64,000 nucleotides of DNA from an uncultured bacterium (GTDB taxonomy: Bacteria > Fidelibacterota > Marinisomatia > Marinisomatales > UBA1611): the NCBI GenBank assembly GCA_965660855.1, contig CBFIBM010000003.1, positions 32,001 through 96,000 on the forward strand. The letters are read 5' to 3'. How positions within the stretch are numbered: the first letter of the stretch is position 1; every line of letters starts with the position of its first letter. A program made the translations under genes and the position numbers. Below the pieces are notes generated by a model. It saw nothing but the letters and a program-made list of their open reading frames with translations. It searched no databases and was not told the origin of the DNA. This document shows, piece after piece, positions 29,145 through 39,990 of this stretch.

Positions 29145-29231
29145 AAAAAAATTAGTTAACTAAATAAGAAAATTCTACAGAACGAATATCATTTATTGAT
29201 TGAATCACTTAAATTTATCATCTAAAATATT

Positions 29232-31523
29232 ATGAATCTTAGAAGAATATCAAATTGGCTTTTTAATTTAGATGCACATTATCCCAGGACAATTATTGCT
29301 GGAGTAATTTTCATCACAGTTATACTAGGTTGGAAAGTATTTAACTTAGAACTTGATCCAAGTGTCAGATCTATGTTGCCAAGAGACCACTCTATTGTTG
29401 AATCTATAGAAAAAATAGATGAATTATTTTCTGGGAGTGATATTATTATTATTGCTGTAGAGTCTGATAGCCTCTTGAATCATCCTGGAACTTTAAAAAA
29501 GCTATCTTCTTTTCAAGATTCATTAGAGTCTATTCCTTTAATTAGTCGAGTAACTTCAATTTATACACAAAATCATATAATTTCAACAAGCGATGGATTT
29601 AAAATTGAACCCTTGTTAACAGATATACCTATTGACTCTTCTGGTTATTATTCATTCATTGAAAAATTAAATCAAGCTGGCGTAGTAGAAAATCTGATTT
29701 CTGAAGATTACAATACAATTTGTTTTATTGGCCAAATAAACTCATCTTTTGAATTCGATGAATTTGAATTTCGCAAAGATATCTATGAATTAGTTGATCA
29801 TTTTAGTGATCCAGAAAAATTTTATGTATCGAGCCTACCGATCACCCAAGCTACAATAATTGATAATATGCAAAGAGATATGCGTGTTTTCACACCAATT
29901 GCAGTTGGACTTGGAATATTTTTGTTAATGCTTTCATTTCGAAGTTGGACGGGTGTGTTCTTACCTTTTATTGTTGTTGGATTCTCAATTGTATGGACAT
30001 TTGGAATTATGGGCTGGTTTAATATGTCAATGGCATTTATTGGTACTTTAATACCTGTAATGCTCGTTGCAATCGCAAATAATTATGGCATTCATATTAT
30101 TTCGCACTATTTCGAGTATTCAAAATCGGATTCAAAATCAACACGTGGACAAATTTTAAGAAAAACTATCCGTAAAGTAGGTATACCGATTCTTTTAGCG
30201 GGATTAACTACCATCATAAGTTTTTTAAGCCTTTTCACTCACGCACTTCCAAGGGCACAAGAAATGGGATTTTTAATATCTTTTGGTATTTTAGTTTCCT
30301 TTATATTAAGCATCATTTTGATCCCATCCGTTTTGGTCTTGGTTCCTAGGCCACATCATATAATGAAAGAAAAAAGTATGAATTTCATAAATAATTTTTT
30401 AATAGGGATGGGAAAATATTTTACAAAATATAGACTTCCAGTTTTAATATCATTCTCAATAATTGGATTATGGATTTCATTTGGTATTACAAAATTAAAA
30501 GTTGATACAAACCCAGATAATTACTTTCCAGAATCTTCAAAATTGAGGATTGCTAATACAAAAATTGGGGAGGCTTTTGGCGGTTCTACTCAAATGAGTA
30601 TTTTGATTGAAGGTGATATATATGACCCAAAACTTTTAAAAAATATTGAATTATTAACAGATCACATCAAAAGTAAATTTGATATTGTTACAAAAACATA
30701 CTCAATAAGTGATGTGATTAAGAAGATGAACTCCGCATTTAATGGTGGTGATAAATTTCTTGAGACAATACCAGATGATCGTGATTTAATATCCCAGTAT
30801 ATGTTTTTATATTCTATCTCTGCAGATGGTGATGAATTTGATCTTATATTAGATGATTTAGAACAACCTCAAAATACTCAGGTTTTTTTAAGATTGAAAC
30901 AAGTTCAAACCTCTACTATAGCTGATATTGTAGAAGATACAGAACAGTTCATAGAAGCCAATTTTTATGATGGTTCACCTATGGAATTGTCAGGTGCTGC
31001 TACTTTGATGGGGGTATTAAGTCGACTGATAGTTAGAGGTCAACTTATTAGTCTTTTTTGTTCTCTTCTAATTATTTTGGTAATTATGACTTTCATTTTC
31101 AAGTCTCTAGTAGGAGGAGTATTATCCACATTACCAATGTCAGTTTCAGTTTCTATGATGTTTGGTTTAATGGGATATTTAGATATTCCCTTAAATATGA
31201 CAACATCTATGCTAACCTGCATTCTTGTAGGGGTTGGAGTCGACTATACTGTTCATTTTCTATGGCATTTGCGTGACCATATTCGAAATGGAGAGACAAT
31301 AGATGAGGCAATTGCAAATACTTTTAAGATTTCCGGGAAGGGTATACTCTTTAATGGTCTCTCTGTGATAATCGGTTTTTCTGCTTTACTATTTTCAGTT
31401 TTTGTCCCGGTACAGATTTTTGGAATCTTAGTAATGAGTTCAATAACTTTTTGTTTATTTGGAGCATTAGCTATTTTACCAGCATTAACAAGTTTAATAA
31501 ACCCTAAATTTTTATATAAATGA
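29232..31523 (+). CDS. MMPL/RND family transporter
   Basis: Two-repeat topology with large periplasmic loops; AIANNYGIH and GVGVDYTVHF motifs. Confidence 0.92.
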   Translation: MNLRRISNWLFNLDAHYPRTIIAGVIFITVILGWKVFNLELDPSVRSMLPRDHSIVESIEKIDELFSGSDIIIIAVESDSLLNHPGTLKKLSSFQDSLESIPLISRVTSIYTQNHIISTSDGFKIEPLLTDIPIDSSGYYSFIEKLNQAGVVENLISEDYNTICFIGQINSSFEFDEFEFRKDIYELVDHFSDPEKFYVSSLPITQATIIDNMQRDMRVFTPIAVGLGIFLLMLSFRSWTGVFLPFIVVGFSIVWTFGIMGWFNMSMAFIGTLIPVMLVAIANNYGIHIISHYFEYSKSDSKSTRGQILRKTIRKVGIPILLAGLTTIISFLSLFTHALPRAQEMGFLISFGILVSFILSIILIPSVLVLVPRPHHIMKEKSMNFINNFLIGMGKYFTKYRLPVLISFSIIGLWISFGITKLKVDTNPDNYFPESSKLRIANTKIGEAFGGSTQMSILIEGDIYDPKLLKNIELLTDHIKSKFDIVTKTYSISDVIKKMNSAFNGGDKFLETIPDDRDLISQYMFLYSISADGDEFDLILDDLEQPQNTQVFLRLKQVQTSTIADIVEDTEQFIEANFYDGSPMELSGAATLMGVLSRLIVRGQLISLFCSLLIILVIMTFIFKSLVGGVLSTLPMSVSVSMMFGLMGYLDIPLNMTTSMLTCILVGVGVDYTVHFLWHLRDHIRNGETIDEAIANTFKISGKGILFNGLSVIIGFSALLFSVFVPVQIFGILVMSSITFCLFGALAILPALTSLINPKFLYK

Positions 31524-31834
31524 AAAAGTCAAACATAGATAGGACTCTAAGTTCTTCTATTATATTAATTACTTTGGCATTTATTCTTTTTGGTTTAAGT
31601 AATTCTAATTTAATAGAAATCTTTTTCTCATATTCTCTAAAAGATCATATAGACTATTCTATTAAATATAACCTAGACTTTGTTTTGATTCTTTATATTT
31701 TTTTATGTTTGCAGATTTCTGGTTATATTGAATTAAAATATAAAAAAGATTATTTATTAATTTCTATCATTAGCATTCTATTAACTCCTATTGCTATTTT
31801 TTTTATTATAAAAGATAAAAATAAAAATGATTAA
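31520..31834 (+). CDS. Small membrane protein (~3 TM)
   Basis: Overlaps both neighbours; hydrophobic. Confidence 0.6.
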   Translation: MKKSNIDRTLSSSIILITLAFILFGLSNSNLIEIFFSYSLKDHIDYSIKYNLDFVLILYIFLCLQISGYIELKYKKDYLLISIISILLTPIAIFFIIKDKNKND

Positions 31835-32594
31835 ATTTATTACAGTAGTTACTCTCTCTTATACAATTCTTATGGCAAATGTCCTTTCACCATACGAAAT
31901 AATGAATTATGTATATCAGTCACCAAAACCTAAAACCTCAATAATGGAAATAAAACTTGAAATTACACGATTAAAAAAGGGTAGAGAGAAAGTTAAAACA
32001 AGAGAATTTATCCGATATACAAAATTATATGATTCTGGAAAGTTTGTTTCAAAATCTTTGGCAAAATTTTCAAGTCCTAAAATTGTAAAAGGAACAGGAC
32101 TCCTAAGCTGGGTTTATAGAAATGGTGAAACAGATCAATGGTTCTTTTTACCAAAACTAAAAAAAGCAAAAAGAATCCAAGCAAAAGAAAAATCAAAGAC
32201 GTTCTTGAATACAGATTTTATTTACGAAGATCTTGAAAGTACCCAACCAAATAATGATAGTCTTGTGTTTATTGGTAATGAGTATTTTGAGGGTAACCTG
32301 TGTAACCTTATAATGTCATGGCCTAAGAATAATAGTTCCTATTTTTCAAAAAAGATATGGGTAAATACACAAAACTGGCAAATTATTAAAGTTGAATTTT
32401 ATAAAAGTGAATTAACAAAAGATAAAACTCTTTATCTGAAAAACTTCATAGAAAAAGATACTTATCTAACACCAGGTTTACTAGTAATGCAAAAAGAGAA
32501 TGGCAACAAAACAATTATGGAAGTTAAATCTTTTCAACCAAATATTGGTTTAAATGAAGAGGTTTTTTCAAACAAATTTTTAATGAATAATTAA
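31827..32594 (+). CDS. LolA-like outer-membrane lipoprotein-sorting protein
   Basis: FSSPKIVKGTGLL, DQWFFLP..KKAKRI, FLNTDFIYEDL. Confidence 0.88.
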   Translation: MIKFITVVTLSYTILMANVLSPYEIMNYVYQSPKPKTSIMEIKLEITRLKKGREKVKTREFIRYTKLYDSGKFVSKSLAKFSSPKIVKGTGLLSWVYRNGETDQWFFLPKLKKAKRIQAKEKSKTFLNTDFIYEDLESTQPNNDSLVFIGNEYFEGNLCNLIMSWPKNNSSYFSKKIWVNTQNWQIIKVEFYKSELTKDKTLYLKNFIEKDTYLTPGLLVMQKENGNKTIMEVKSFQPNIGLNEEVFSNKFLMNN

Positions 32595-32607
32595 ATTATA
32601 GGCTGGT

Positions 32608-33576
32608 CTAATATTCAACCAGAGCACAAGCAGCAGATAGTCCAGCTCCAGTACCAATTAATAAAAATTTATTTTTCCTTCTCAATTTTTTCTCCCTAAT
32701 AGATTTTACTAGTGCCATAGGCACAGAAGCAGCAACACAGTTACCAAAATAGGTGACATTATTCACAACTTTATTTCTGTCAAAACCACCCACCTCAACA
32801 TAGGCTTCGACAGCTTTTCCTGATGCTTGATGTGGTATAATTAAATCAATATCTTCTTTTTTTAGCTGAGTGGATTTTAGAGTATTTACCATTAATCTAT
32901 AAACTTGTTTTCTAGCTATTTTATATATCCCAGGGCCATCCATTGTAAATAAATTATCCTCTGCCGAAGTTTCAAAATCTTGGGGATGTTTATTCGTTCC
33001 CCCACCCCTAACCTCTGTCAAATGTGCACCCTCTGGCCATGTATTCATTTTATAATATATAAGTCTACTAGAGTTATTTTTTGAATTTGGTTCTAAAATA
33101 ATTGCTGCAGCACCATCTCCAAGAAGTGATGCACTTTCGGGCTCATTAAAATTACGTCCACGGGTTCCTCTATCAGAAGATATAATTAAAATCTTTTTAT
33201 AAACCTTTGATTGAATTAAGGAACTTGCAGTATGAAAAGCTGTAATAAATGATAGGCAAGTGCAATGAATACTAAATGAAGGAATACCATTTAAGCCCAT
33301 TTCTTTTTGATAGAATGTTGAAGTATCTGGGATTGTTTGTTTTGGTACCCCTGAAGCATTAATTATTAAATCTGGTGGACTACTATTTTCACCTAATGCT
33401 TCTAGACCTGCTATTGCACCCATCTTATCGACATCAATATTTGATACTCTTCTCTCTTTTACCCCAGATTTTTTAACTATCCATTCTGTGGACCTATTTA
33501 TTAAGGGAGCAATTTCTTCTGATGTCTGAATAACTGGAGGAATGTAGATTCCTGTTCCTGTAATTTTTACTTTCAA
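32608..33576 (-). CDS. 3-oxoacyl-ACP synthase III (KAS III)-like condensing enzyme
   Basis: Cys-His-Asn triad: HCTCLSF, PHQAS, FGNCVAAS; GDGAAA; GTGAGLS. Confidence 0.9.
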   Translation of the reverse strand: MKVKITGTGIYIPPVIQTSEEIAPLINRSTEWIVKKSGVKERRVSNIDVDKMGAIAGLEALGENSSPPDLIINASGVPKQTIPDTSTFYQKEMGLNGIPSFSIHCTCLSFITAFHTASSLIQSKVYKKILIISSDRGTRGRNFNEPESASLLGDGAAAIILEPNSKNNSSRLIYYKMNTWPEGAHLTEVRGGGTNKHPQDFETSAEDNLFTMDGPGIYKIARKQVYRLMVNTLKSTQLKKEDIDLIIPHQASGKAVEAYVEVGGFDRNKVVNNVTYFGNCVAASVPMALVKSIREKKLRRKNKFLLIGTGAGLSAACALVEY

Positions 33577-33587
33577 TTCAAAAAACT

Positions 33588-35030
33588 CTAAAAATAATAC
33601 TTTAATTCAAACCTAGAATGAGAGAAATCTTTCATTTTATAAAATTGATATTTTTCACCATCAGAATGTTCATTGCTACCATTTATTTTAGTAATTCCTA
33701 ATAATAATGATAGATCTTGAGCGATAGAATATTCTGCCTTTATTTCATTAAGTGAACCTGTTATATCTTTATTCTTATCATAGTTTTCTAAATCCATTAA
33801 AGATGTAAATGAAAAGGTTAAGTCTTCATTTAAGAATTTCTTTTTTAAGAAAAGGAATAATGCTTTATTGGTTAAAATAGCGATAGGAACCCCCATACCT
33901 GGAATGAATAGGTCTCTAGGTTTCATTGTATTAGGATCATATTCAAAGCCAGGAATATCCACTTCTACATTAGGAAGAGTATCTACCGAGTTGTATTGCT
34001 TTATATTATGCTCAAATAATTGAATAGAAAAATCAATATTAAATGGTAATTCAGTGTCAATCTGTATTGTATATTGTTCATATTCTACATTTTCTTGTAA
34101 AGGGAAAGAGAAAGCAACACTATCATATAATGAACTTTGTAAAGGGTTTGGATAAGGTCTTTCAATTGTTTTATTTTGATCTTTTGTATTAAAATATGAA
34201 TAATCAAAACGAGTAGTAAAAAACCTATTAAGGATAGTTACTCCAAATCCTAATGAGTTAGTTCTTCTATACCCAAATACTAAATCTGGAGATGATTTAA
34301 AGTTATTAAACTGAGTTGAATAATATTCGTTTACACCTGAAAAATTAAAAATACGATCGTTTCCACTAAATGATGAGAATGATAATTCACCAAATTTAGT
34401 TGAATAGTTAATAAATAATCCACCTTCGTAAGGAATGGAAGAAACAGGTATGATCTCGTACGGGTCCGGATATATGGGAAGCTCAACAGGGAAATCATCA
34501 CCACCTAATGGTATCCTGTTTGTTGAATGTAATGGAGAAAAAACACTATTTATTTTCAAATTCTTGTAATAAAAATCAACACCTAATGACAAGGTTGCAA
34601 GTTTTCGTTCAGTGCCACTAAAAAACATATAATAATAGTCGAGAGCACTCCCATTATCTAATGGACTATTTTCATCAACATTACCCCAAGAGTGTATTTG
34701 CTTTCCAACTTTTAATTCATAATGTTTCTTACTATATGTAATATAAAACTCTCTCATATCTAATACGAAATCTTGAGGATTACTCGTTTCTATAAAATAA
34801 GAATCATCTCTCACATGGTATTCAAGTGCAAATTCTCCAATTAATGATATATCTTCATATTGTTTTACAAAAACAATAGAACCCATACGATATGGAACAT
34901 TAATTAAAGATTTATCGGAAATTCTAGAAATATAAGAAAAATTAGAATAACCCGAAAAAGTAAACGAGGAGGGTTCGGAATGCATAAGTTCGAATACTGC
35001 AAGTATAAAAATGTAAAATTTATTTTTCAT
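33588..35030 (-). CDS. Putative outer-membrane beta-barrel (DUF1302-like)
   Basis: Signal peptide, REFYI..VGKQIHSWG, alternating beta pattern, C-terminal ELKYYF. Confidence 0.7.
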   Translation of the reverse strand: MKNKFYIFILAVFELMHSEPSSFTFSGYSNFSYISRISDKSLINVPYRMGSIVFVKQYEDISLIGEFALEYHVRDDSYFIETSNPQDFVLDMREFYITYSKKHYELKVGKQIHSWGNVDENSPLDNGSALDYYYMFFSGTERKLATLSLGVDFYYKNLKINSVFSPLHSTNRIPLGGDDFPVELPIYPDPYEIIPVSSIPYEGGLFINYSTKFGELSFSSFSGNDRIFNFSGVNEYYSTQFNNFKSSPDLVFGYRRTNSLGFGVTILNRFFTTRFDYSYFNTKDQNKTIERPYPNPLQSSLYDSVAFSFPLQENVEYEQYTIQIDTELPFNIDFSIQLFEHNIKQYNSVDTLPNVEVDIPGFEYDPNTMKPRDLFIPGMGVPIAILTNKALFLFLKKKFLNEDLTFSFTSLMDLENYDKNKDITGSLNEIKAEYSIAQDLSLLLGITKINGSNEHSDGEKYQFYKMKDFSHSRFELKYYF

Positions 35031-35048
35031 AACTTTAAAACTTTATAT

Positions 35049-36116
35049 CTATTTTAATAAAATTATTTTTTTAATAACGTTTCTAAAATTATCCTGAATT
35101 TTAATAAAATAAATTCCTGAAGGATGACTTTTTGAATGCCATGTAATTTTATTTTTACCTTTTCTATAAATTTTATTTTTGGAGATAACTTCAATTTCTT
35201 TTCCCTTTAAGTCTAAAATGGATAATGTCATTGGTCTATCATAAGGGACCATAATATCAATATTAACTGAAGGGTTAAATGGATTCGGATAGGCAGACGA
35301 GGTCGTAAACTGGTATGGTAATATTTGATCATCTATTTTAGTGACTGAACTATCACATTCTTGTGGTGAATAAACAGGAAAAGAATAATAAAATTGATCT
35401 AGGCTGAGTTCTAAATGTTCTGAATCCTCTATACAACTAGGGATATTTGAACAAAGATTATTAGCACCGATGGCAAAAAATGGATATCCACCATTATCAG
35501 TATTCACCCAATCAAGATTTAGGCTACAAAAACAATCAGGAAGAGAATCGATATTATTATTAAAAACCCATAGATAAGATAAGTTTTCAAGATCGCAAAT
35601 TGATTCTGGTATTCTTTCCAATTCATTATAACCAATATCAAAAAAGTACAAATTAGAAAGATTCCCAACACTATCGCCGATTGATGAAATAATGTTATTG
35701 TTTAAATAAACAGAATTTAAATTATAAAGTTTATGAAATGACTCTGGTAAAGAAGAAATTCTATTCCACTCAAGATAGAGAGATGTAAGAGATGATAAAT
35801 TCCCAAAATTATTTGGTAAAGAATAAATAGTATCACTTACCCCAGAGCTATTTCCATAATTACCTGCAACAAAAAATCGTAGTCTTCCATTAAACCATGT
35901 TTGAGTACCAATTTCTAGAGGGGAATTATAATCTAAATCATTTTGAATTATTAAACTATCCAATACAATAATATCATTATCGCTAAGACAGGTATCTCCA
36001 ACTAAAATAGTGACATTATTTGGAACTTCTGAGAAATATGTAAATGTGCTATCACAATTAGATAGTATAATCTGAGGAAAAAAGTAGCCTAACAAATAAA
36101 GATATATTTTTCTCAT
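35049..36116 (-). CDS. Secreted leucine-rich-repeat protein with PNPFNP C-terminal domain
   Basis: Several LxxLxLxxNxIxxLP repeats; YPNPFNP...SGIYF...KIILLK. Confidence 0.88.
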   Translation of the reverse strand: MRKIYLYLLGYFFPQIILSNCDSTFTYFSEVPNNVTILVGDTCLSDNDIIVLDSLIIQNDLDYNSPLEIGTQTWFNGRLRFFVAGNYGNSSGVSDTIYSLPNNFGNLSSLTSLYLEWNRISSLPESFHKLYNLNSVYLNNNIISSIGDSVGNLSNLYFFDIGYNELERIPESICDLENLSYLWVFNNNIDSLPDCFCSLNLDWVNTDNGGYPFFAIGANNLCSNIPSCIEDSEHLELSLDQFYYSFPVYSPQECDSSVTKIDDQILPYQFTTSSAYPNPFNPSVNIDIMVPYDRPMTLSILDLKGKEIEVISKNKIYRKGKNKITWHSKSHPSGIYFIKIQDNFRNVIKKIILLK

Positions 36117-36117
36117 A

Positions 36118-38151
36118 TTATTTAATGAGCATTATTTTTTTTGATTCTGATAATGACCCCGTTGTTAACTTAATAAAATATATTCCAGAGGAGTAATCAC
36201 CAGCAATCCAATTAATTTTGTGAATCCCTGCTGGTTGTACCTTATTTATAATTGTTTCAATTAAATACCCATTAAGGTCATATATTTCTAATAGGGTTTT
36301 TTGTTTTACATTTGTTTCAAACTGAATAAGAGTATTAGGGTTAAAAGGGTTTGGGTATGCTTTTAATACTTCAAAATTATTCGGCGAAATATTCTGCTCT
36401 AAACTTAATGGAGTTGTTGATACTAAAATGGAAATAATTTTCTCCTTATGAGGATGATCTATTGGTTGAATATGAAGTTCAATAGTATTCATTTCGGTAG
36501 AATTTATAATATTACCCGAGAAGGTGATATCTTGTTTTGAATTTGGCTCAAGAAAAACATCTAATATTTCATCGGAGAACCAACCAGCACTATCTGTGAT
36601 ATCTAAATTGAATCCCATTGGATAATTACTTTCATTAAATAAAGTAAATTTGATCTGAGGATCATTTATAGATAAATAAACTGTAGGATTTCCATTATTC
36701 TCAACTAAATCTTTTATTTTTATACTAAAAGCATAAGGGTGAATTCCAGGTATTCGATGTGCACGATAAACGGCACCATCCGGTAAACTTAAATTATATA
36801 AGCCCTCCCATACAATTTCGCCATAAGTGTTTACCTCCAGACTCCTTCCACCACCACCAACAGTAGTAATTAATACATTTTCATTATTTAATTTTTGTGC
36901 ATTTCCTGAAGCAAATCCAAATAGATCTTGTGGTAAATCATAAAACCATTCGACTGATGCAGACTCATTAGTTATTTTAATTTCAATAGCCCTTGAAATA
37001 GGTACATCTGTACCACGAAACTCTTGGGATAGATTACCATTATCAAATGTCAATAAATTTCCATTTTCTAAAAGTTGAAGACTATGTTGAAAGCTAAAAC
37101 CGATATTATGACCTAACGTCACATCTCCAGAATTCATTTGATGACCAAGGTTCCATATGATTTCCCCTGTTGAATAATCAATTTTTGTTATTCGAGAAAG
37201 GTGCCTTGATGAAAGATATATTACATTTTCTTGCTCATCAAAGATGATAGCGTTAGCATGCGTCCAATCATAATGTAAATTAAAATAAGCTTCATTCCAT
37301 GTGCCACCTATTTCATCAAAGTCAGACATATTAAAATGTTCAAAAGTATCCCAAGACCACACAATTTCTTTAGTATTTTTATCCCATTCTACTATTCTAT
37401 CACCCACCCAAGGGAATTCAAGTGTGATTCCATCTGCTTGGAACCCTAAGTTTTGAAATAGAGCAGTCCATTCACCAATTGGGATTGGTCCTAGAGATGA
37501 AGTCTCTATTAATCCAAGATAATTTCCATTGGGTAATCTAATTATATCATGGTGGAGAAAATCATCATTTGGCTCATTCCATATTTGAATTCCATCAAAT
37601 GAGATTTCTTTTCCAGGAAGATTATTTTCTGCATTTTGAATTAAAGAACATCCAAAAATATTGCCAATTTCATTAGAGCTATAATAGACAAAATTATCAG
37701 ATCCTGAATTCCATATTTCTTTACCTAAACTATCAATTACAGCAGAAAAGTAATTGAAGAATGCGCCAAAGATGGTAACTCCGTTCTCCATTCCTTGATG
37801 ATCAATTATCAAAGAGCTACTATTGGATAATTGTTCACTGGTCCTAAAGCTATATACCTCACTCCAATTACTTGTTAACCCAGTATGGTAAAAGGAATTA
37901 ATTCGCCAATAGTATTCTTTATCCCACTCTAAATGATTTTTTTCAATAAAGCACAATGTAGAATCTATTGTAGTGTGCACTATATTTGTAAAACTAACAT
38001 CTTCAGCTATTTGGATATTATAATAATTTGTATTTGGAGTTTGTTCCCATTCAAAAAGCACATGTATGTAGTTTAAAATAGCTCCATTTTCAGGAAAAAT
38101 TGGATTTGCATTTAACATTGAAAAGAAAATAAGAAATAAATATAATTTCAT
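36118..38151 (-). CDS. Arylsulfotransferase (ASST)-like protein with Fn3-like N-domain and PNPFNP C-terminal domain
   Basis: HHD..LPNGN, DWTHAN, SSRH, FQH, FDNG; YYWR...WS; YPNPFNP. Confidence 0.85.
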   Translation of the reverse strand: MKLYLFLIFFSMLNANPIFPENGAILNYIHVLFEWEQTPNTNYYNIQIAEDVSFTNIVHTTIDSTLCFIEKNHLEWDKEYYWRINSFYHTGLTSNWSEVYSFRTSEQLSNSSSLIIDHQGMENGVTIFGAFFNYFSAVIDSLGKEIWNSGSDNFVYYSSNEIGNIFGCSLIQNAENNLPGKEISFDGIQIWNEPNDDFLHHDIIRLPNGNYLGLIETSSLGPIPIGEWTALFQNLGFQADGITLEFPWVGDRIVEWDKNTKEIVWSWDTFEHFNMSDFDEIGGTWNEAYFNLHYDWTHANAIIFDEQENVIYLSSRHLSRITKIDYSTGEIIWNLGHQMNSGDVTLGHNIGFSFQHSLQLLENGNLLTFDNGNLSQEFRGTDVPISRAIEIKITNESASVEWFYDLPQDLFGFASGNAQKLNNENVLITTVGGGGRSLEVNTYGEIVWEGLYNLSLPDGAVYRAHRIPGIHPYAFSIKIKDLVENNGNPTVYLSINDPQIKFTLFNESNYPMGFNLDITDSAGWFSDEILDVFLEPNSKQDITFSGNIINSTEMNTIELHIQPIDHPHKEKIISILVSTTPLSLEQNISPNNFEVLKAYPNPFNPNTLIQFETNVKQKTLLEIYDLNGYLIETIINKVQPAGIHKINWIAGDYSSGIYFIKLTTGSLSESKKIMLIK

Positions 38152-38756
38152 TTTATTTTTTCTTCTTTCATGGCCTTATCTAACCATGTTAATACTTCTG
38201 TACCTTGGGTAGTCCATGCTTTTGTTAAAGCAAAATCAGGAAAGTTCCCTAAAAGTTCACCATTCCACGTATATGTTACCCTAGTAGAATTTAAATTTAT
38301 GGGTACAAGAATCCACAAACCCGCTGCATCAGGTAATCGAACATGACCTGGTTTTAATTTTGAATTTGGATGCTTAACAGAACTAAATTTAAAAATTCGA
38401 GACCCATTTTTTAAAATTTTCTTACTATACTTCACAACATAATCTCTTCCTGAAAAAGGGAAAGGAAGATCCAAAATAATTTGAATAATATTTTTATCAA
38501 GCTTTTTTGCTTCTGTTACTCTTTCAAAAATAGAAGGATAGTCTTCAATATTTTCAATTTTTGAGGAAATTAAATTAATATTATGTTTTAAAACCATTTC
38601 AGCCCTACTTACGGGGAAATCACCATATGTGGCCCATTCAATCTTGACTATTTCTTTTTGTAATAACTCCCAGTCTTTAATCTTTTGTATTCTTTCAAAA
38701 TCTAGAGCATAAACTTGGCAAAGTAAAAAATATAGAATTAAGACCAGGTGCTTCAT
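38148..38756 (-). CDS. Exported START/SRPBCC lipid-binding protein
   Basis: Signal peptide; LPFPFSGRDYV, GHVR, W.L.P, TRVTY...G..P START pattern. Confidence 0.8.
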   Translation of the reverse strand: MKHLVLILYFLLCQVYALDFERIQKIKDWELLQKEIVKIEWATYGDFPVSRAEMVLKHNINLISSKIENIEDYPSIFERVTEAKKLDKNIIQIILDLPFPFSGRDYVVKYSKKILKNGSRIFKFSSVKHPNSKLKPGHVRLPDAAGLWILVPINLNSTRVTYTWNGELLGNFPDFALTKAWTTQGTEVLTWLDKAMKEEKIK

Positions 38757-38760
38757 AATC

Positions 38761-39840
38761 TTAAAAAAAGGTTTTATAAAAAAGAGAACAATCTTTTTTA
38801 ATTTTATCTTCAGTTAATTCAAACTTAGATAAATCATAAGAATGCTCGCTCTTGTATTCTTTTTGACTTTTATCAACAATCTTTATTTGCTCATCTAAAT
38901 GAAGAGTTTTTTCAATATTTATAAATTTCATCACATCTTTCATCAAAGGTTCAAAATCATTCATCATATTATCAAAACGAATAATGAACACCTTTTCCTT
39001 ATTAATCTTGTTTGTTACCCAATCTTCTTGGAATCGATTCAATAATTCAACAAGAGAATTATAAAGTCGCGTAATAAAACGTTTTTTAATATTCTCATCC
39101 AGAGACCAAAAATTAAACTTTTTATCAAGGACTCCAGTCACTAAACTTAAACCTGAGGGAATTAAATCAAGAGGGTCTCGTACGATATAGAGAATACTTG
39201 CGTCTGGATATTTTTTTTGAAATTTTGGAAGATTACTACTCAAACTAAATAATTTACCGATATATCGATCTCCAGAGTTTGAATAAAGGTTTCGACGCCA
39301 TATAGAATCAAACCATTTATAATCTCTATCTGAATTGTCAATGATCCTTGGGTCTACCCAATGAAATAAATCTTCTTTATCAAATGTTAAAATAAAACCA
39401 TAGAAAAAGAAGCCATCTAGATATCTAAATAGTAATGAAACATCATCGGTTTCAATAGAGGTAAGGCTTGTTTTATGAGCTTTTGTAGAATGGTGCCTTG
39501 TTGGACTAATAATTTCTAATAAAGGTAAAATTGGTTTTATTAATTTTTGGAGAAAAATAGAAGGGTAAATCAATTGCCATAGTTGAGACCCTGTTCCAAT
39601 TTTTTGTGTTATTAAAAACCTATGTAAGAAAGTTGTCCCTGACCTTGGGTTTCCAACAATGATTATAGGATTTATTATTTTTTGGTTAAAGCCCGGGAAA
39701 AAAACTTGATCTAAAAATTGACTAAAAATAACAACGAATCTCAGAAATATAATAAGGACACCTGTTAGGATAGGAGAAATCCAAGTTCCAAAGGTTTTTC
39801 CTAATATAAAATAAGCTTTTGATATTCTACGATTTATCAT
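38761..39840 (-). CDS. PAPS-dependent sulfotransferase
   Basis: 5'-PSB loop IVGNPRSGTTFL; 3'-PB motif IVRDP....S; hydrophobic N-terminus. Confidence 0.9.
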   Translation of the reverse strand: MINRRISKAYFILGKTFGTWISPILTGVLIIFLRFVVIFSQFLDQVFFPGFNQKIINPIIIVGNPRSGTTFLHRFLITQKIGTGSQLWQLIYPSIFLQKLIKPILPLLEIISPTRHHSTKAHKTSLTSIETDDVSLLFRYLDGFFFYGFILTFDKEDLFHWVDPRIIDNSDRDYKWFDSIWRRNLYSNSGDRYIGKLFSLSSNLPKFQKKYPDASILYIVRDPLDLIPSGLSLVTGVLDKKFNFWSLDENIKKRFITRLYNSLVELLNRFQEDWVTNKINKEKVFIIRFDNMMNDFEPLMKDVMKFINIEKTLHLDEQIKIVDKSQKEYKSEHSYDLSKFELTEDKIKKDCSLFYKTFF

Positions 39841-39990
39841 TCTGAAGCATTTGTTAATAATTTATTAGAATTTTTATAATCTATTTTCAGAGTTTAAACT
39901 ATTAGACAATTATTACATTAAATAGATAAATCTTAGATAATAATATTTAAATAGATCATTAATAAACTTATTTTAAATTAGTACTTTCTT

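Noticed and set aside
29145..29231. TPP riboswitch upstream of thiN
   Set aside because: Short AT-rich spacer with no CTGAGA core or supporting stems
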